Assembly: GCF_000400465.1 (NCBI RefSeq)
Contig: NW_008806285.1
Location: 20,001-144,000, forward strand
Reading direction: 5' to 3'
Source of the DNA: Wallemia ichthyophaga EXF-994
Lineage: Eukaryota > Fungi > Basidiomycota
DNA length: 124,000 nucleotides
Shown here: piece by piece, positions 62,499-73,703 of the stretch
How the letters are laid out: the number at the start of each line of letters is the position of its first letter
Position numbering within the stretch: the stretch's first letter is position 1
The notes under the pieces: model-generated
Database searches by the model: none
Told to the model about the DNA's origin: nothing
The model's input: the letters and a program-made list of their open reading frames with translations, nothing else
Translations under genes and position numbers: made by a program

Positions 62499-63119
62499 TC
62501 ACCTACTTGGTGCCTGCTCATTCACCACCATCCCCAGCCGCTTGTCGTACTGCATGAGATCGTGCCGCTCGGCCAGCCCGTCGAGGCGCTTGCACCAGAC
62601 GACGCGGGTGAAAATACGCGCGGCAACGAGCAGAATAAAAGCAGGGAGAACGTAGCATTGCTGCGATGTCTGCAAGTAGGTGTGCAAGTGCAATCCCAGC
62701 CTAGTTCTGCGTTCGCAGTACAGTGCAACTACGTTATGATCAGGTGTGCGTATCTCGTTTCCAATGCAATGTAGTTTCACTTTTTCGTCTCCGATTCCGT
62801 CTGGCTGCAGCTGCAGCGACAACACCTCCCCACTGCCATTGCCTTGGCCACATACAGCACCCACGGCGACAGAGTACGAGTGCACAGTCTGTCTGAGTAG
62901 GTGCTGCCGCATGTACAGCTCTCCTTCCTCAGTGATAGTGTGGGCTATTGTCGCCACTATTCTTCCATTCTGCTTTATACGCACCACAAACTCCTCTTGG
63001 TCGTATTCACAGTGTATGTTGCACTCAGGTATCGCAGCATTCGCCGCGTCTAGCCCATCGCCTCGCCTCCATCGACTGCTCCCATTGTTGCACTGGGACA
63101 CTATCGCAAACGACGTCAT
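62499..63119 (-). CDS. Uncharacterised protein, paralogue of 61755-62343
   Basis: 206-aa intronless ORF ending VVWCKRLDGLAERHDLMQYDKRLGMVVN. Confidence 0.65.
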   Translation of the reverse strand: MTSFAIVSQCNNGSSRWRRGDGLDAANAAIPECNIHCEYDQEEFVVRIKQNGRIVATIAHTITEEGELYMRQHLLRQTVHSYSVAVGAVCGQGNGSGEVLSLQLQPDGIGDEKVKLHCIGNEIRTPDHNVVALYCERRTRLGLHLHTYLQTSQQCYVLPAFILLVAARIFTRVVWCKRLDGLAERHDLMQYDKRLGMVVNEQAPSR

Positions 63120-63173
63120 GGAGGATGAATAAGTTAATTTAAGCGTTTTATCAATTTAGTCGCTTTAGTCACT

Positions 63174-64181
63174 CTAGTCTACAGTCACGACAATCTTGCC
63201 CGTGTTCTCGTTAGCCGCCATGCAGTCATGCGCCAGTGCGATCTGTTTCCAGCTGAACACGCTGTGTATTCTCAACTCGAGGTCCTTGCCGACTTTGTCG
63301 AGAGCTGCCTTTCTGAAGTCGTTAAGGAGGTCTCCCTGATACTCTGCGCTCCTAGATCTGAGCGTGCTGCCCTGTATGCAGAGTCTCTTGAAGATAATAG
63401 GTCCTACATTAACCTCGCTGGCGACCATACCAGACATAACGCCAAGGAGGACGATGCGTGCATCTTTACCGGCAGCGTTAATGTTGGCGTTCAAGTAAGA
63501 CTGACCGACCATATCGACGATGACGTCGACGCCTTTGTTATCAGTGTGAGCCAGCACCTCTTTATCGAAGCTCTGCGTGCGGTAGTTGATGCCATGTGTA
63601 GCGCCCATTGGGAGACCTTTGACAGCGTCTATCTTAGCGTCTGATCCAGCCGTAGCGAAGACACGCCTAGCGCCGTAATGTCTGGCCAGCTGAATAGCAG
63701 CCATGCCCACACCGCTCGCGCCGGCATGTATGAGCACATCGTCGCCCGCCTTGATACGTCCTATGGTCGACAGAGCCTGGTGCGCAGTGAGGTAATTCTC
63801 GCAGATAGCCGCACACTGGACGTGCGTGAGGTGGGTTGGTTTGCGCAGGATCATGTGCGCGTCGACGGCTATATACTCGGCATATGCCCCGCCATAAGCT
63901 AAGCCAAACACCTCGTCGTCGATTTTCCACTCAGCACTCTGGTTCGCGTCGACTACTACGCCCGAGAACTCCACACCGAGCGTCTTGGGCGCCTGCGGCG
64001 GCAGCGGATACATACCCTTTGCTTGGAGCAGATCCATGCGGTTCACGCCGAACGCAACGACTTTGACAAGCACCTGTGTCGCGCTGAGAGCGGGTTGCGG
64101 CGTGACCTGGATCTTGAGATCAGAGCTGCTGTTCGCAACGTCGTTCGGCGTGTCTATCACAACTGATTTCATAGTGGCCAT
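63174..64181 (-). CDS. NADPH:quinone oxidoreductase (PIG3/zeta-crystallin MDR family)
   Basis: VAFGVNRMD; LGVEFSG; LIHAGASGVG; GSTLRSR; NTGKIVV; intronless. Confidence 0.93.
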   Translation of the reverse strand: MATMKSVVIDTPNDVANSSSDLKIQVTPQPALSATQVLVKVVAFGVNRMDLLQAKGMYPLPPQAPKTLGVEFSGVVVDANQSAEWKIDDEVFGLAYGGAYAEYIAVDAHMILRKPTHLTHVQCAAICENYLTAHQALSTIGRIKAGDDVLIHAGASGVGMAAIQLARHYGARRVFATAGSDAKIDAVKGLPMGATHGINYRTQSFDKEVLAHTDNKGVDVIVDMVGQSYLNANINAAGKDARIVLLGVMSGMVASEVNVGPIIFKRLCIQGSTLRSRSAEYQGDLLNDFRKAALDKVGKDLELRIHSVFSWKQIALAHDCMAANENTGKIVVTVD

Positions 64182-64583
64182 GGTGGTTGTGTGATGTGTG
64201 GTGTGCAGGGTGAAGTTCTTCCCTGTTTAGTAAGCATTCTTCTCGAAATATCTGCTTCTTCGGAATATCTGCTCCGCTGAGTAAGCACCGGCAGCGGTGC
64301 ACGTCTGCGCAACAGCACGCATTGCATTGCCATTTCATCACTCCTCCTTATCCGCTTATCGCACCTGCCGAGCGGAATTGGCTATGATGCATATGACGTA
64401 TGTGATGTTGGACGAATCTTCGCCGCGTGACCACCCAGCAAAGACGCGCAACTCCCACAACGCCGCGGAGATGGGACTCGTACCGCCGCTGAAACTTATC
64501 AGTGATGAATTTTGGAGTACCGTAGGAGTATCCCACTCGAAGGTGTAATTGATCGATGACGCAATATTACTCCATGTCTAGCG

Positions 64584-64590
64584 TATAAAA
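64584..64590 (+). promoter_or_regulatory. TATA box of hydrophilin gene
   Basis: TATAAAA about 45-50 nt upstream of ATG 64635. Confidence 0.55.
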
Positions 64591-64634
64591 GGTGGAATAT
64601 ATTAAAGTCTATTTCATACACTCAAAAACTCAAC

Positions 64635-64978
64635 ATGTCATCCGACCCAAGCAAGACCAACGCACAATGGAACTCAACCGTCGGCACTGCCAAGGAATCC
64701 TTGGGCAACGCCGTTGGTTCTGAAGACTACTCCAAGGCCGGTAAAGAGCAACATGCCAAAGGTGAAGCCGAGAGAAAGGAGGCTGAAGCCAAGCAATACG
64801 GCGAAGGCATGGTCGACTCAGCTGCAGGCAAGATGAAGGTGTGTTGGTGTTTCATGCTTTTCGATACCTGCTAACAAATGCTCAGAACGTCGGTGGCGCT
64901 GTCACTGGTGACAAGGAGAAGCAGGCTGAAGGTGCTGCTCGTGAAGAAAAGGGCGAAACCAAGAGAGACTTCGCTTAA
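64635..64978 (+). CDS. CsbD/Hmp1-like small hydrophilic stress protein (copy 1)
   Basis: SSDPSKTNAQWNSTVGTAKESLG..EAKQYGEG..K|NVGGAVTGDKEKQAEG; one intron. Confidence 0.85.
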
Positions 64979-65679
64979 ATTTCCGTGTAGCTCTCCATAC
65001 CTATTAGTTATGTAATGAACGCACTGAAAACGCTAATATACGCACATAATGATAACTACAATACTTTGTGATGACTGTTCTTGCTCCTGATTTATATCAC
65101 ACGGGCTAATGAATCCAGCTGTGTCGCGGTGTTAACGCTACAGAAAGTGTCGCTTAAATTATTAGATGCGGATGCTTGATTAATGTTATAGTAGAATACT
65201 CCCAAGTACTCAAAGGTTAGAGCGACTTGTACGATCGACGCTATCTGCGCATCGACTGATGCAGAGGAAATCGAAATGAATAATTAGAGGCGTTGTAATG
65301 TATTGATCGCCGTAGAAGTTACCTCAAGCATGTTTGTGTCTTTGCCATGTCGTCTTCGATTTCCAAGACACAGAAAAGTAACTAGAATGTACTACAAGCT
65401 GCATCAAGTCAAAAAGGATTTTAAACAGAGCAAAGCCTTTAATGCCACAGATCAATCCATCTCGTTGAATAGCATCTCAACAAAGTTGGCCACTTTGCAC
65501 GTGATAATTTTCATTACATCAATATAAAAGCCCGCTTTTCTTTCTCTCGAACAACAACCTCCATAGTAAGTTTGTAATTGATGGAATTGGTGGTGATTAA
65601 ACATTATAATACATGATTGATCTACACCACCAATTCGTGCAGCTACGCCACTCATCCGATACTTACTTGACACGCAGAC

Positions 65680-66031
65680 ATGTCATCAGAACCAAGCAAA
65701 ATGAACGCAAACTACGACTCAACGATGGGTTCTGTTAAGGAACAAGCGGGTGAGTGGGGGACTGTTGCGTTAGCACACAAAAGGACATACTCACACCACT
65801 CCAGGCAACCTCCTCGGTAACGAATCGCTCAAACACAGCGGCACCCAACAACATGCCTCCGGCGAAGCCGAGAAAAAGGCTGCAACTGCCAAGCAGTATG
65901 GAGAGGGTGCCGTCGACAATGTTGCTGGCAAGGCACAGAACATCGGCGGTGCCGTCACTGGTGACAAGAGCAAGCAGGCTGAAGGTGCAGCTCGCGAGAA
66001 CAAGGGTGATACGAAAAGAGAGTTTGCGTAG
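65680..66031 (+). CDS. CsbD/Hmp1-like small hydrophilic stress protein (copy 2)
   Basis: SSEPSKMNANYDSTMGSVKEQAG|..AKQYGEG..NIGGAVTGDKSKQAEG; one coding intron. Confidence 0.85.
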
Positions 66032-66231
66032 ATTGCTTCTAATTGCTTTGATGCATTAACGCATCCACGCATTCACGCTTTGTACTTACGCTTGTAACGA
66101 CTTCTTCACCTATGTTTTACTGATTTACTTTATATTTCACTCGACTGCTGTTATTGAGATTTACGGCTTGTGTGTATTAGTACATGGAACGAGACTTGGA
66201 AAGAGAAGATAAAACATCTAGAGCAAATCCT

Positions 66232-69200
66232 CTAAAGCACGCTGGCAACTTCATCCTCTGAGTCGTCAGCCGCGGGTTCATCGTCATTGCTGTCGCTAAA
66301 GTCGATAGCTTTACTCTGACTCCTAGATCTGGCAGGCTGGTTGCGAGTGCGTTTTGACGGCGAAGGAGCGTCAACTTTCTTGTGCCCACCTTTATCTCTA
66401 GGTTTAGGTTTATATTTAGGTTTAGCAATAGGACTGCCTTTACCCGCGCTCGCCGTATCGTCGCTATCGCTGGCCCTGCTATCCTCCTCACTGATGATGC
66501 CTGGCTCGCTCTCGTCGCTACTGCTATAAGATTTCTTCGTGCTTTTCGAGCGACCTTTAACGCTTTGCGATAAGCTATGCTGGCTACCTTTGCGTTTAGG
66601 TTGTTGTTTCTCCGTCTTCCTGTAACCGGGTGTATACCTATCACCGTATTTAGAGGCAGCGCGCGGGGTGGGAGCCGTTTTAGTGCGGGGTGCCTTCTTC
66701 ACCGGTGTTGCGTCCTCGACCTGGAAGATGCCCGCTTGTTTATACACGTCATTGAGGCTCTCCCGATACTCGTGGTACTCAACGTCGGAGGTATCGATAT
66801 CTCCCAGGGCCTTGAACTGCTTGTGAAGGGTGGTCAGGAAGCGAGCTAGGGCATTACGCGACAATGCATCAGCCAGTGGACGCTGCTCCTGCACTGTCTC
66901 GGCCAGCTTACACGTAAGCCAGATATCCTTCAAGGGTGTATGTCCAGGTATGTACAGTTTCATAAGGAATTGCACTAGGGCCTTCCGGTCCTCTTTCACC
67001 TCCACTTCGAATAGCTCCTTGAGAGTGTCGAACGCGAGCCTCTGCTGGAGGAGGGAGTGGGGGTGTGCATTTGTAGCTGATTCAGGTGAGTTGGCTTCAC
67101 CCGTTATCCCAACAAGGTGGCGCGGATCCGTCCATTCCGACAAGAGCGTCGCTACTTGCGCCACAGTCACCACCGCTTGCTCGTCACTATCACGATCCCA
67201 GTGGTCGCCTATGGCGATAAGCGCTATCTCGGCGAGCCTTGTCTGGTTGTGTGCTGAGCTGTAGGCGTAGACGGGGAAGAAGTACGACAGACACTGCCGC
67301 AGAGCTTGGTTGTCACCGACTTCCGGACTGAAGTATACATACAGCAGTCCGCGCAACAGCTGAAAGGAGGGCGTTAGTGAGGATGGTCACACTTCAACTC
67401 CATGTCAAACTCACACTCGCATCCGTTATCATGCCCGACAGCATCAGTTTCGACACACCCTCGCAAGAAACGGCCTGATATTCGGCGGTGTGACCGTCGA
67501 GGGTGCGCAGAAGGAAGTGGTTGATGTACTCGAGCTGGGTTTTGTTAGAGGGGGTGGCTTATCTGCACGCACTGTTTTCCACTCACACCAAGACCGCCCT
67601 TGTCCGCAAAGAGGGACACGTCGTGCGTCATGAGCAGGTCGATGACGACCTTGAGCGAATGCATATTGAGTGGCTCGGGTGCGGTTTCAGCCTGGTTCAT
67701 GAACATCTGGAAGCTGCCAATAGCGAGTGTGTCAGCTAGTAGGCAGACAAGCCCGAGTGCGTGCAGGCCGCGCTCGCGGATAGCCGCGTCTTTCGACTTG
67801 ACCGAGGGGATAACGAGATCGGGAAGTATACCGCCCAGAGCGCTATTTTCGATAAGGGAGCTGTTGACGCGCTCGAGCATGCCTATCACTACTGCCAAAC
67901 TACGCAGGTCGAGTTCACCGTTATGTGCAAGTTCCGCGTCATTAAGAATGCGCGCAGTGGCAGGACGCGGTTTAGCGGGCGTTGCTATTGTCGAAGCCCC
68001 ATCGCCCACCTCGTCCTCCTCGTCTTCCTCTGCAATGCGCAAGTCACGCAGCTCCGAGATGAGTTCGACAGAGAGAAGTAGAAAATCGCGCTCTGATGCG
68101 GACAGCTTAGCGAGGATGTCGAGCGCAATAGGGACCAGCTGCTCGGGGAGGGTGGGTGAGCTGAGGAGGGCGCGTACGAGCGTAAACACCTTCCGCCGAC
68201 CCATCTCGTCTGCATAGTCGAGGTTGATGGCTAGTTTGAGTAGCTCACCTAGCACAAAATTCGCATTTACTAGCCGATCTGTGTGCTCGTCGCTGTCGTC
68301 GTCGGGCTGCGCTAGCGCTACGACCGCGTTGTACGCACTTTGCATGTGGAACGCCATAGCTGTCACTACGGGAAGCATCTCTAGCTTCGCATAGTCCTCA
68401 TACGCTACACAGTGGTCTACGTAGACGCGCGCTAGGAGCGCGTGCTCTGGCGTTAGCGCACTCCACGCACCCTCGTCTAGCTGCACCGCGTGGAATATGT
68501 CAGGCCGGTGTGTGAAGAGAGCGAGCAGTGCATCTTCTGCAACGCGTGAGTCTATTACGTCGAAATATTCTAGAAACTGAGTAGAAAGTTTATTGTTAGC
68601 TGGGAGTGACTCTGCTTATGCACACCACACGACCCACCAGCTGGAGATTGTTGTCGGCTCTGTCTACCCACGTCGATAACAGACCGGCACAGGCCTTTTG
68701 GACGATTGGATCACGGTCTCCGAGGCCAGCGCGAATGAGGTTTTCGCGCGGGCTCAGGCGGATACTGCGGACATCTTTCAAAGCATCACTAAGCTGGGAG
68801 CCTTCGAAAACAGACTTGCGGGTGACAGGATCGATGTCTCTGGCGCGTGTGAGGAGGGCGGGGATTGTGAGGGGAGTGGGGAAAACGTTTATGAGAGCGA
68901 CTCTTCTTACGGCGACAGTTGGATCAGATGTGATTGCAGAATTGAGAGATTTGGCTATAGCACCACTGTCATCGTCTGAAGCTTGTAGTTTGCACAGAGC
69001 AAGAGTGGCTTGTTGGCGGATGTTTGTCTCCTTATCGTTCATCCTCTCGAGAAGAGAATCCAAGAGAGAATCGAACAAGTCTTCATCCATAGCGCCTAGT
69101 AGGCTTATAATCAGGTTGGAGATCTGCACACAGCGAAATCTGACGTATTTGTCTTTGGCAGAGAAGCCTTTTAAGAGATGGCGCAGGATGTCGGAAGAGA

Positions 69201-69537
69201 GGACGGAGGAGGGAGATTCGAGGAGATGGTCGTCGTCGTCGTTGCTGTCGTCGTTGTCGCCGTTGGGATGTCTCTCCTCGTGATCCTTGGCAGATGCGTA
69301 CGAGAGATAAGTGGTTGCAAAAGCAATGACCCTGTCAGCGTAAGATTTAGACTTTGGGAATTGCATTATACGGGTGAGTGAGCCAATAAAAGCCTTCACG
69401 AAGGCAGTGTAGCCAGATTGATCAGCATCTCTAAGGAGTTGCAGGTGGAATTTACGCAACTTGATTTGATTTGATTTGTGATTTGATAGGGATTTCTGCG
69501 AATCGGTGAAGGCGTCGATTAGAGTATCTAACGACAT
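66232..69537 (-). CDS. YCG1: Condensin subunit Ycg1/CAP-G
   Basis: HEAT repeats; KGFSAKDKYVRFRCVQ; DPTVAVRRVAL; Cnd3 domain (LRQCLSYFFPVY); acidic/basic tail; introns. Confidence 0.92.
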
Positions 69538-69554
69538 GGTGGTTGTGGGTTAAG

Positions 69555-69586
69555 ACGCGTCTGGGCTTGTTGACGCGTCGACGCGT
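69555..69586. promoter_or_regulatory. Cluster of three MCB (ACGCGT) elements in the YCG1/DAM1 divergent gap
   Basis: ACGCGT at 69555, 69573 and 69581; includes the palindrome ACGCGTCGACGCGT. Confidence 0.65.
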
Positions 69587-69598
69587 AGAACCACCAAC

Positions 69599-70450
69599 AT
69601 GTCCATCAAAACACCGTTAAGGAGAGTTAGCAGTGGAGCGCTCAAGCATTCAAATAATAGCAGCAGCTTGAATATTACTAGCAAAGATCACCATCCACTG
69701 GAATTCCTTACACCAGCGCTGACAGACTTATCTGATGAGTTGGATGGAATTATAAGCAGCACACAGCAGCTAGTCGAGTTAGACGATGCCTTATCACAGT
69801 TCAATCACGGCTTTGGTAGTTTGCTGTGGTCATTGAAGTTGAATGCTTATTGTATCAACTGGCCTGAAGCGCCTACAGATGAATCATTTGCCCGGGTAAA
69901 TGAACTCACAGCGCAATTACAACAGTCAATGGCACCCAGAGAACCCAGAGAACCTACACCTGTCGATACACAAGTAGTCCCACAAGAATCTCATTCAAAT
70001 CATTCAAATCCCGCAGACGAAACACAAGCACATGAACCAGAACCCTCGCCAGAACCACTCAAACCAAAGCCAAAAGTTGTCAGTGTACAGCTACGTAAGA
70101 AAAGGGAGGCGTTTGTCGATAGCGTTATAGATTCACTGCCTTTAGAATACAGAGGTTCACAACCAGCCTTAAGAAATGCCATGTCTAGTGTCCTACATGC
70201 ACTTATGAAGCATCAATGTACTACTCCTCAAGGTAATGGTATTCGTACACCAGATATCGTCAAACATCCAGATCTACCTCAAGCCAAGGTAAACAAATGC
70301 CTTATAGCTCTCGTACAGAAGAAGGCTGTGGTGAAGTGGACGGAGAGTGTAAGTAGTGTGTGTCGGGATATATGTCTATCTACTAACTCCTTTTGCTAAT
70401 CACAGGGTGTCGCTTACTACAGACTACAACTAGAAACCCCTAGGCGGTGA
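69599..70450 (+). CDS. DAM1: DASH complex subunit Dam1 with C-terminal extension
   Basis: LTPALTDLSDEL..LSQFNHGFGSLLWSLKLNAYCINWPEAPTDESF matches the Dam1 domain; one 3' intron. Confidence 0.85.
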
Positions 70451-70554
70451 TTTGTACGATATATCAGATATGACATCATTCAAAATTGATCCCGAAGACA
70501 GTCCTCGTCAGTACTCTTAGTTAGAATCAAAAACGTTGAAAATCCTAAAAGAGC

Positions 70555-71005
70555 ATGTCTTCGCCAAATAAATCAACTGGAATGTACCACAGCGTTAAAG
70601 GTAAGTCACTACACTCGCGCCAATCGCATCACCCAGGTTTCACATCAAATACCAGGAAACGTCGTTGAATCTGTTGGGACAGTGACTGGGAGTGAGGAAT
70701 GGAAGAAGAGTGGACAGAAAGAGCACGTCGATGGTGAAGCTGAGCAGAAGGTTCCTCTATCGATTCATTCAGAATTCTTACTGATATAAAAACACCAGGC
70801 AGCTCAAATCAAAGACACAGCAACTGGTATGTATGACCAGGCTGCTGGTAGAGTTCAGGGCGTAAAGGCGGCTATCACAGGCGATAAGCCTGGTCAAGTC
70901 AGTGCAGCCGCTCAAGTCAGTCGCACATACGCTTATATATCATTTTATCTAACTTGCTCAACTTTGCAGGAGGAATCAGGCAAAGCAGCGCAGAAGAATG
71001 CTTAA
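70555..71005 (+). CDS. CsbD/Hmp1-like small hydrophilic stress protein (divergent copy 3)
   Basis: Four-exon model MSSPNKSTGMYHSVK|GNVVESVG..GEAEQK|AAQIK..AITGDK..|EESGKAAQKNA*; missed by the ORF track. Confidence 0.75.
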
Positions 71006-71080
71006 ATGGATATTATTTGTATTCTCTAGTAACATTACATTATACTCCTCTCTTTCACCCACACCACTCACACCGCCAAT

Positions 71081-72424
71081 ATGCACATTGGACTCAAGAG
71101 GCCGCTGCTAGCGCAAGTGCCTTACAAAACCAAGAAATTCCAACTAGCCAAGAAGCGTTCGGCACCAATCTCGGCTTCAATTAAGGAGATTAGCGATGAT
71201 GATGATAACCATAATAACCACGATAGACCAGAGGTTATTGAGATTGACAGTGATAGCGATATTGAGTGTGTTAGCAGTAGTGATGATAATTTCAATTCTT
71301 ATGGCAACGATACCAACGACACCAACGACACCAACGACACTAGCACTAGCACTCACGACCAAACGTTTGAATCTCCTATCGACATCGATACTCCTATTCT
71401 CCCTGAGAATTACCCTCCTCCGCTGCCACCTCTCTGTCGCGACCTATATAACCTCACTTTTACTCACAGAACCTGCGCCGACTTTGTAGCCAATTTCAAC
71501 GCTGGCACCGATAATCTCAGAAAAAGTTATGGTATGCACACCATCACCAATGGTGTCATGGGCGATAGTAGGCAGGGGAATGTAGCGTCATTTGTACCCG
71601 TTTACGACAACGAAGTGAGTGAGTTTGTTGGTGACAGCATCATCGGCATGGTAGTGGCTCTATTGCTGAGAAAATGGTATCCACACCTTCGTCCTGACGG
71701 ATTAACGTGAGTTTTTGAGCCAGAATGTGGCACTGTCTTACCATCATGCTACCAGAGAAATACGCAGCAAGCTAGTCAACAGAGGCAGACTATCGAGCTG
71801 GGCGAAGCTGTACAACTTCGACCAGCATCTCATTCTACCACCTCAGATGCCCCAACTGCCTGTGCGACTCTCACCCATGGTTCTTTGCGATACATTTGAG
71901 GCGTACGTAGCCTCTGTCTTTGACCAGCAAGGTGACGAAAGCGCCGGTCTTATCGCCGTCAAGCAGTGGATTGAGCCGCTTTGTAGGCCTTACGCAGATA
72001 TGTACAGCGCTGCTATCACCAATCGCGAAAAGGAAGTGCGCGAGGCTCCTCGCATGGGCAGCATGGGCTACCTCAACCAGATGATGGAAAAACATCACGT
72101 CGTCGCGGCGTGGACTGAGTCGGGCGGTGTGAATGATCTCAATAACTCTCACAACTACTGGTCTGCTTCCCTTAACCTCACCCTCGACGAACGCGCACAT
72201 AATAGCACTCCCCTCGCTGTGAAATCTAAATTCCCTCTCACTACCACAGGTAAAGCTTCCAAGAAGAAAGTTGCCAAGGAAATGGCAGCTTATAAGGCTT
72301 TGAAGACTTTGGGTCTTAACTGTTGTGGGTATTTCGTTTATTCTATTGCTTCACTCACTCACCCACCAATAGAGACAATCTCTCATTTCAACGATACCTT
72401 AAACACACACATCTTGCTAAATAA
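71081..72424 (+). CDS. RNase III protein (single catalytic domain + dsRBD)
   Basis: NEVSEFVGDSII signature variant; CDTFEAYV; dsRBD end KKKVAKEMAAYKAL; 3' end uncertain by about 50 nt. Confidence 0.82.
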
Positions 72425-72474
72425 TCTCAACGTAAAATGCATAGTTTCTGAAAATCAGCAGTTTCTTGACAATT

Positions 72475-73613
72475 TCACAAATGCTCTCCCACGAAAGCAT
72501 AAAGCCTATCCATCGTTTCACCCTCCTCTTTTTCATCCCACCCGTGGTCCTTGTCGGGGACGATATCAAACGCAACATTTGCACCCTTCTTCTGCAGCGC
72601 TTCTACCACCTCTACAGCCTGCGCGAAAGGCACTGCTGTGTCCACAGTACCGTGAGTGATGTATATCGGTGGAATATCCTCCAACTTTCTACGTTTAAGG
72701 ATATCAGTAATAGTGTATTGAGATACTTCTTCCGCGCTATAACTATCACCGAAGAGCAGCTGGTTGAGAGTGCCTGATTGCACCATCCACGCGTACACTT
72801 AGTCCTGTCAGCAGGGGTGAGGGTATTTGGAGCACATAGCACCCACTTCTAGATCTGCTCGACTCCGCCGCATTCTCTGCGACAGCTGGTGCATCTCCAT
72901 TGAGGTACTTTTTCACGCTATCAAATGGCACAGGCTCGTTCTCCCATGCCGCCTTCCCCTGTGGCGTAGTCCACTGTGCAGCAAGTGAGCAGGTGGCGGG
73001 CAATATCAAAAACCTACGAATGGCGCTAGAGTGTTGGTGATGGGGTATATAGCTGTGCAGACCTTCCTAAACACGCGATACGTCAGCTGGGAACTCCAAT
73101 CATGCGCAAACGACATACGGCACATGTTTTCCATTAGCGACGCCCAGTCCCACCAATAAACTCAGCCAACCACCGGCAGACGAGCCACACACACCCCACC
73201 GGCTGACGTCGATGGTGTGGCCGACGCGGCTGGGCAGCTGCTCTATTATGAATGCGACTGACTGCCCTACATCAGCCAAGATTTCGTGGAACCCCGTCTG
73301 CGGCGCTAGTCGGTAGTCCACACTTATAAACGCAGTGTTGAACTCGCTCGCCAGCCTGTCGAAATGGGGCGCGTAGCGCTGTCTGCTGCCCTGAAATGCG
73401 ATTGTTAGGTCTTTTCAACCCATTCAGATTTACCCACCTGCAATAAGCCGCCGCCTGCTTTGTTAGCCTGAGACCTTACTCCCACTCTAACCACCCACCA
73501 TGATACCATACGAGCACAGGGACGGGCTTCGACTGTGTAGCTGAGGCTGGGACATGGATATCCAACTGGATGGGTAAATCATTTATTCTTTTATAAGTAA
73601 AAGTTTCCTTCAT
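72475..73613 (-). CDS. Alpha/beta hydrolase (HSL-like esterase)
   Basis: VLVWYHG|GGL; SVDYRLAP; GSSAGG nucleophile elbow; ITHGTVDTAVP; DHGWD. Confidence 0.9.
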
Positions 73614-73703
73614 TGTTTTATATGTCAGAGTGTCTGACTTTCCGAGAGAAGTGGTGATAAGAGGAAAACGAAAGGCGCATGACTAAAAATTTTCAAAGCC
73701 CCT

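Noticed and set aside
27922-64181. Apparent antioxidant cluster (TRR1, TSA1, GPX, quinone reductase)
   Set aside because: Spread over 36 kb with many unrelated genes between; expected by chance at this gene density
66830-69381. Long antisense ORFs (144-225 aa) over YCG1, and similar ones over SLU7, TTI1, ELP1 and GluRS
   Set aside because: Shadow ORFs expected from GC-rich codon usage; no motifs
71308-71343. (AACGACACC)n repeat in the RNase III gene, and (GCA)n in ROT1
   Set aside because: Ordinary coding low-complexity slippage
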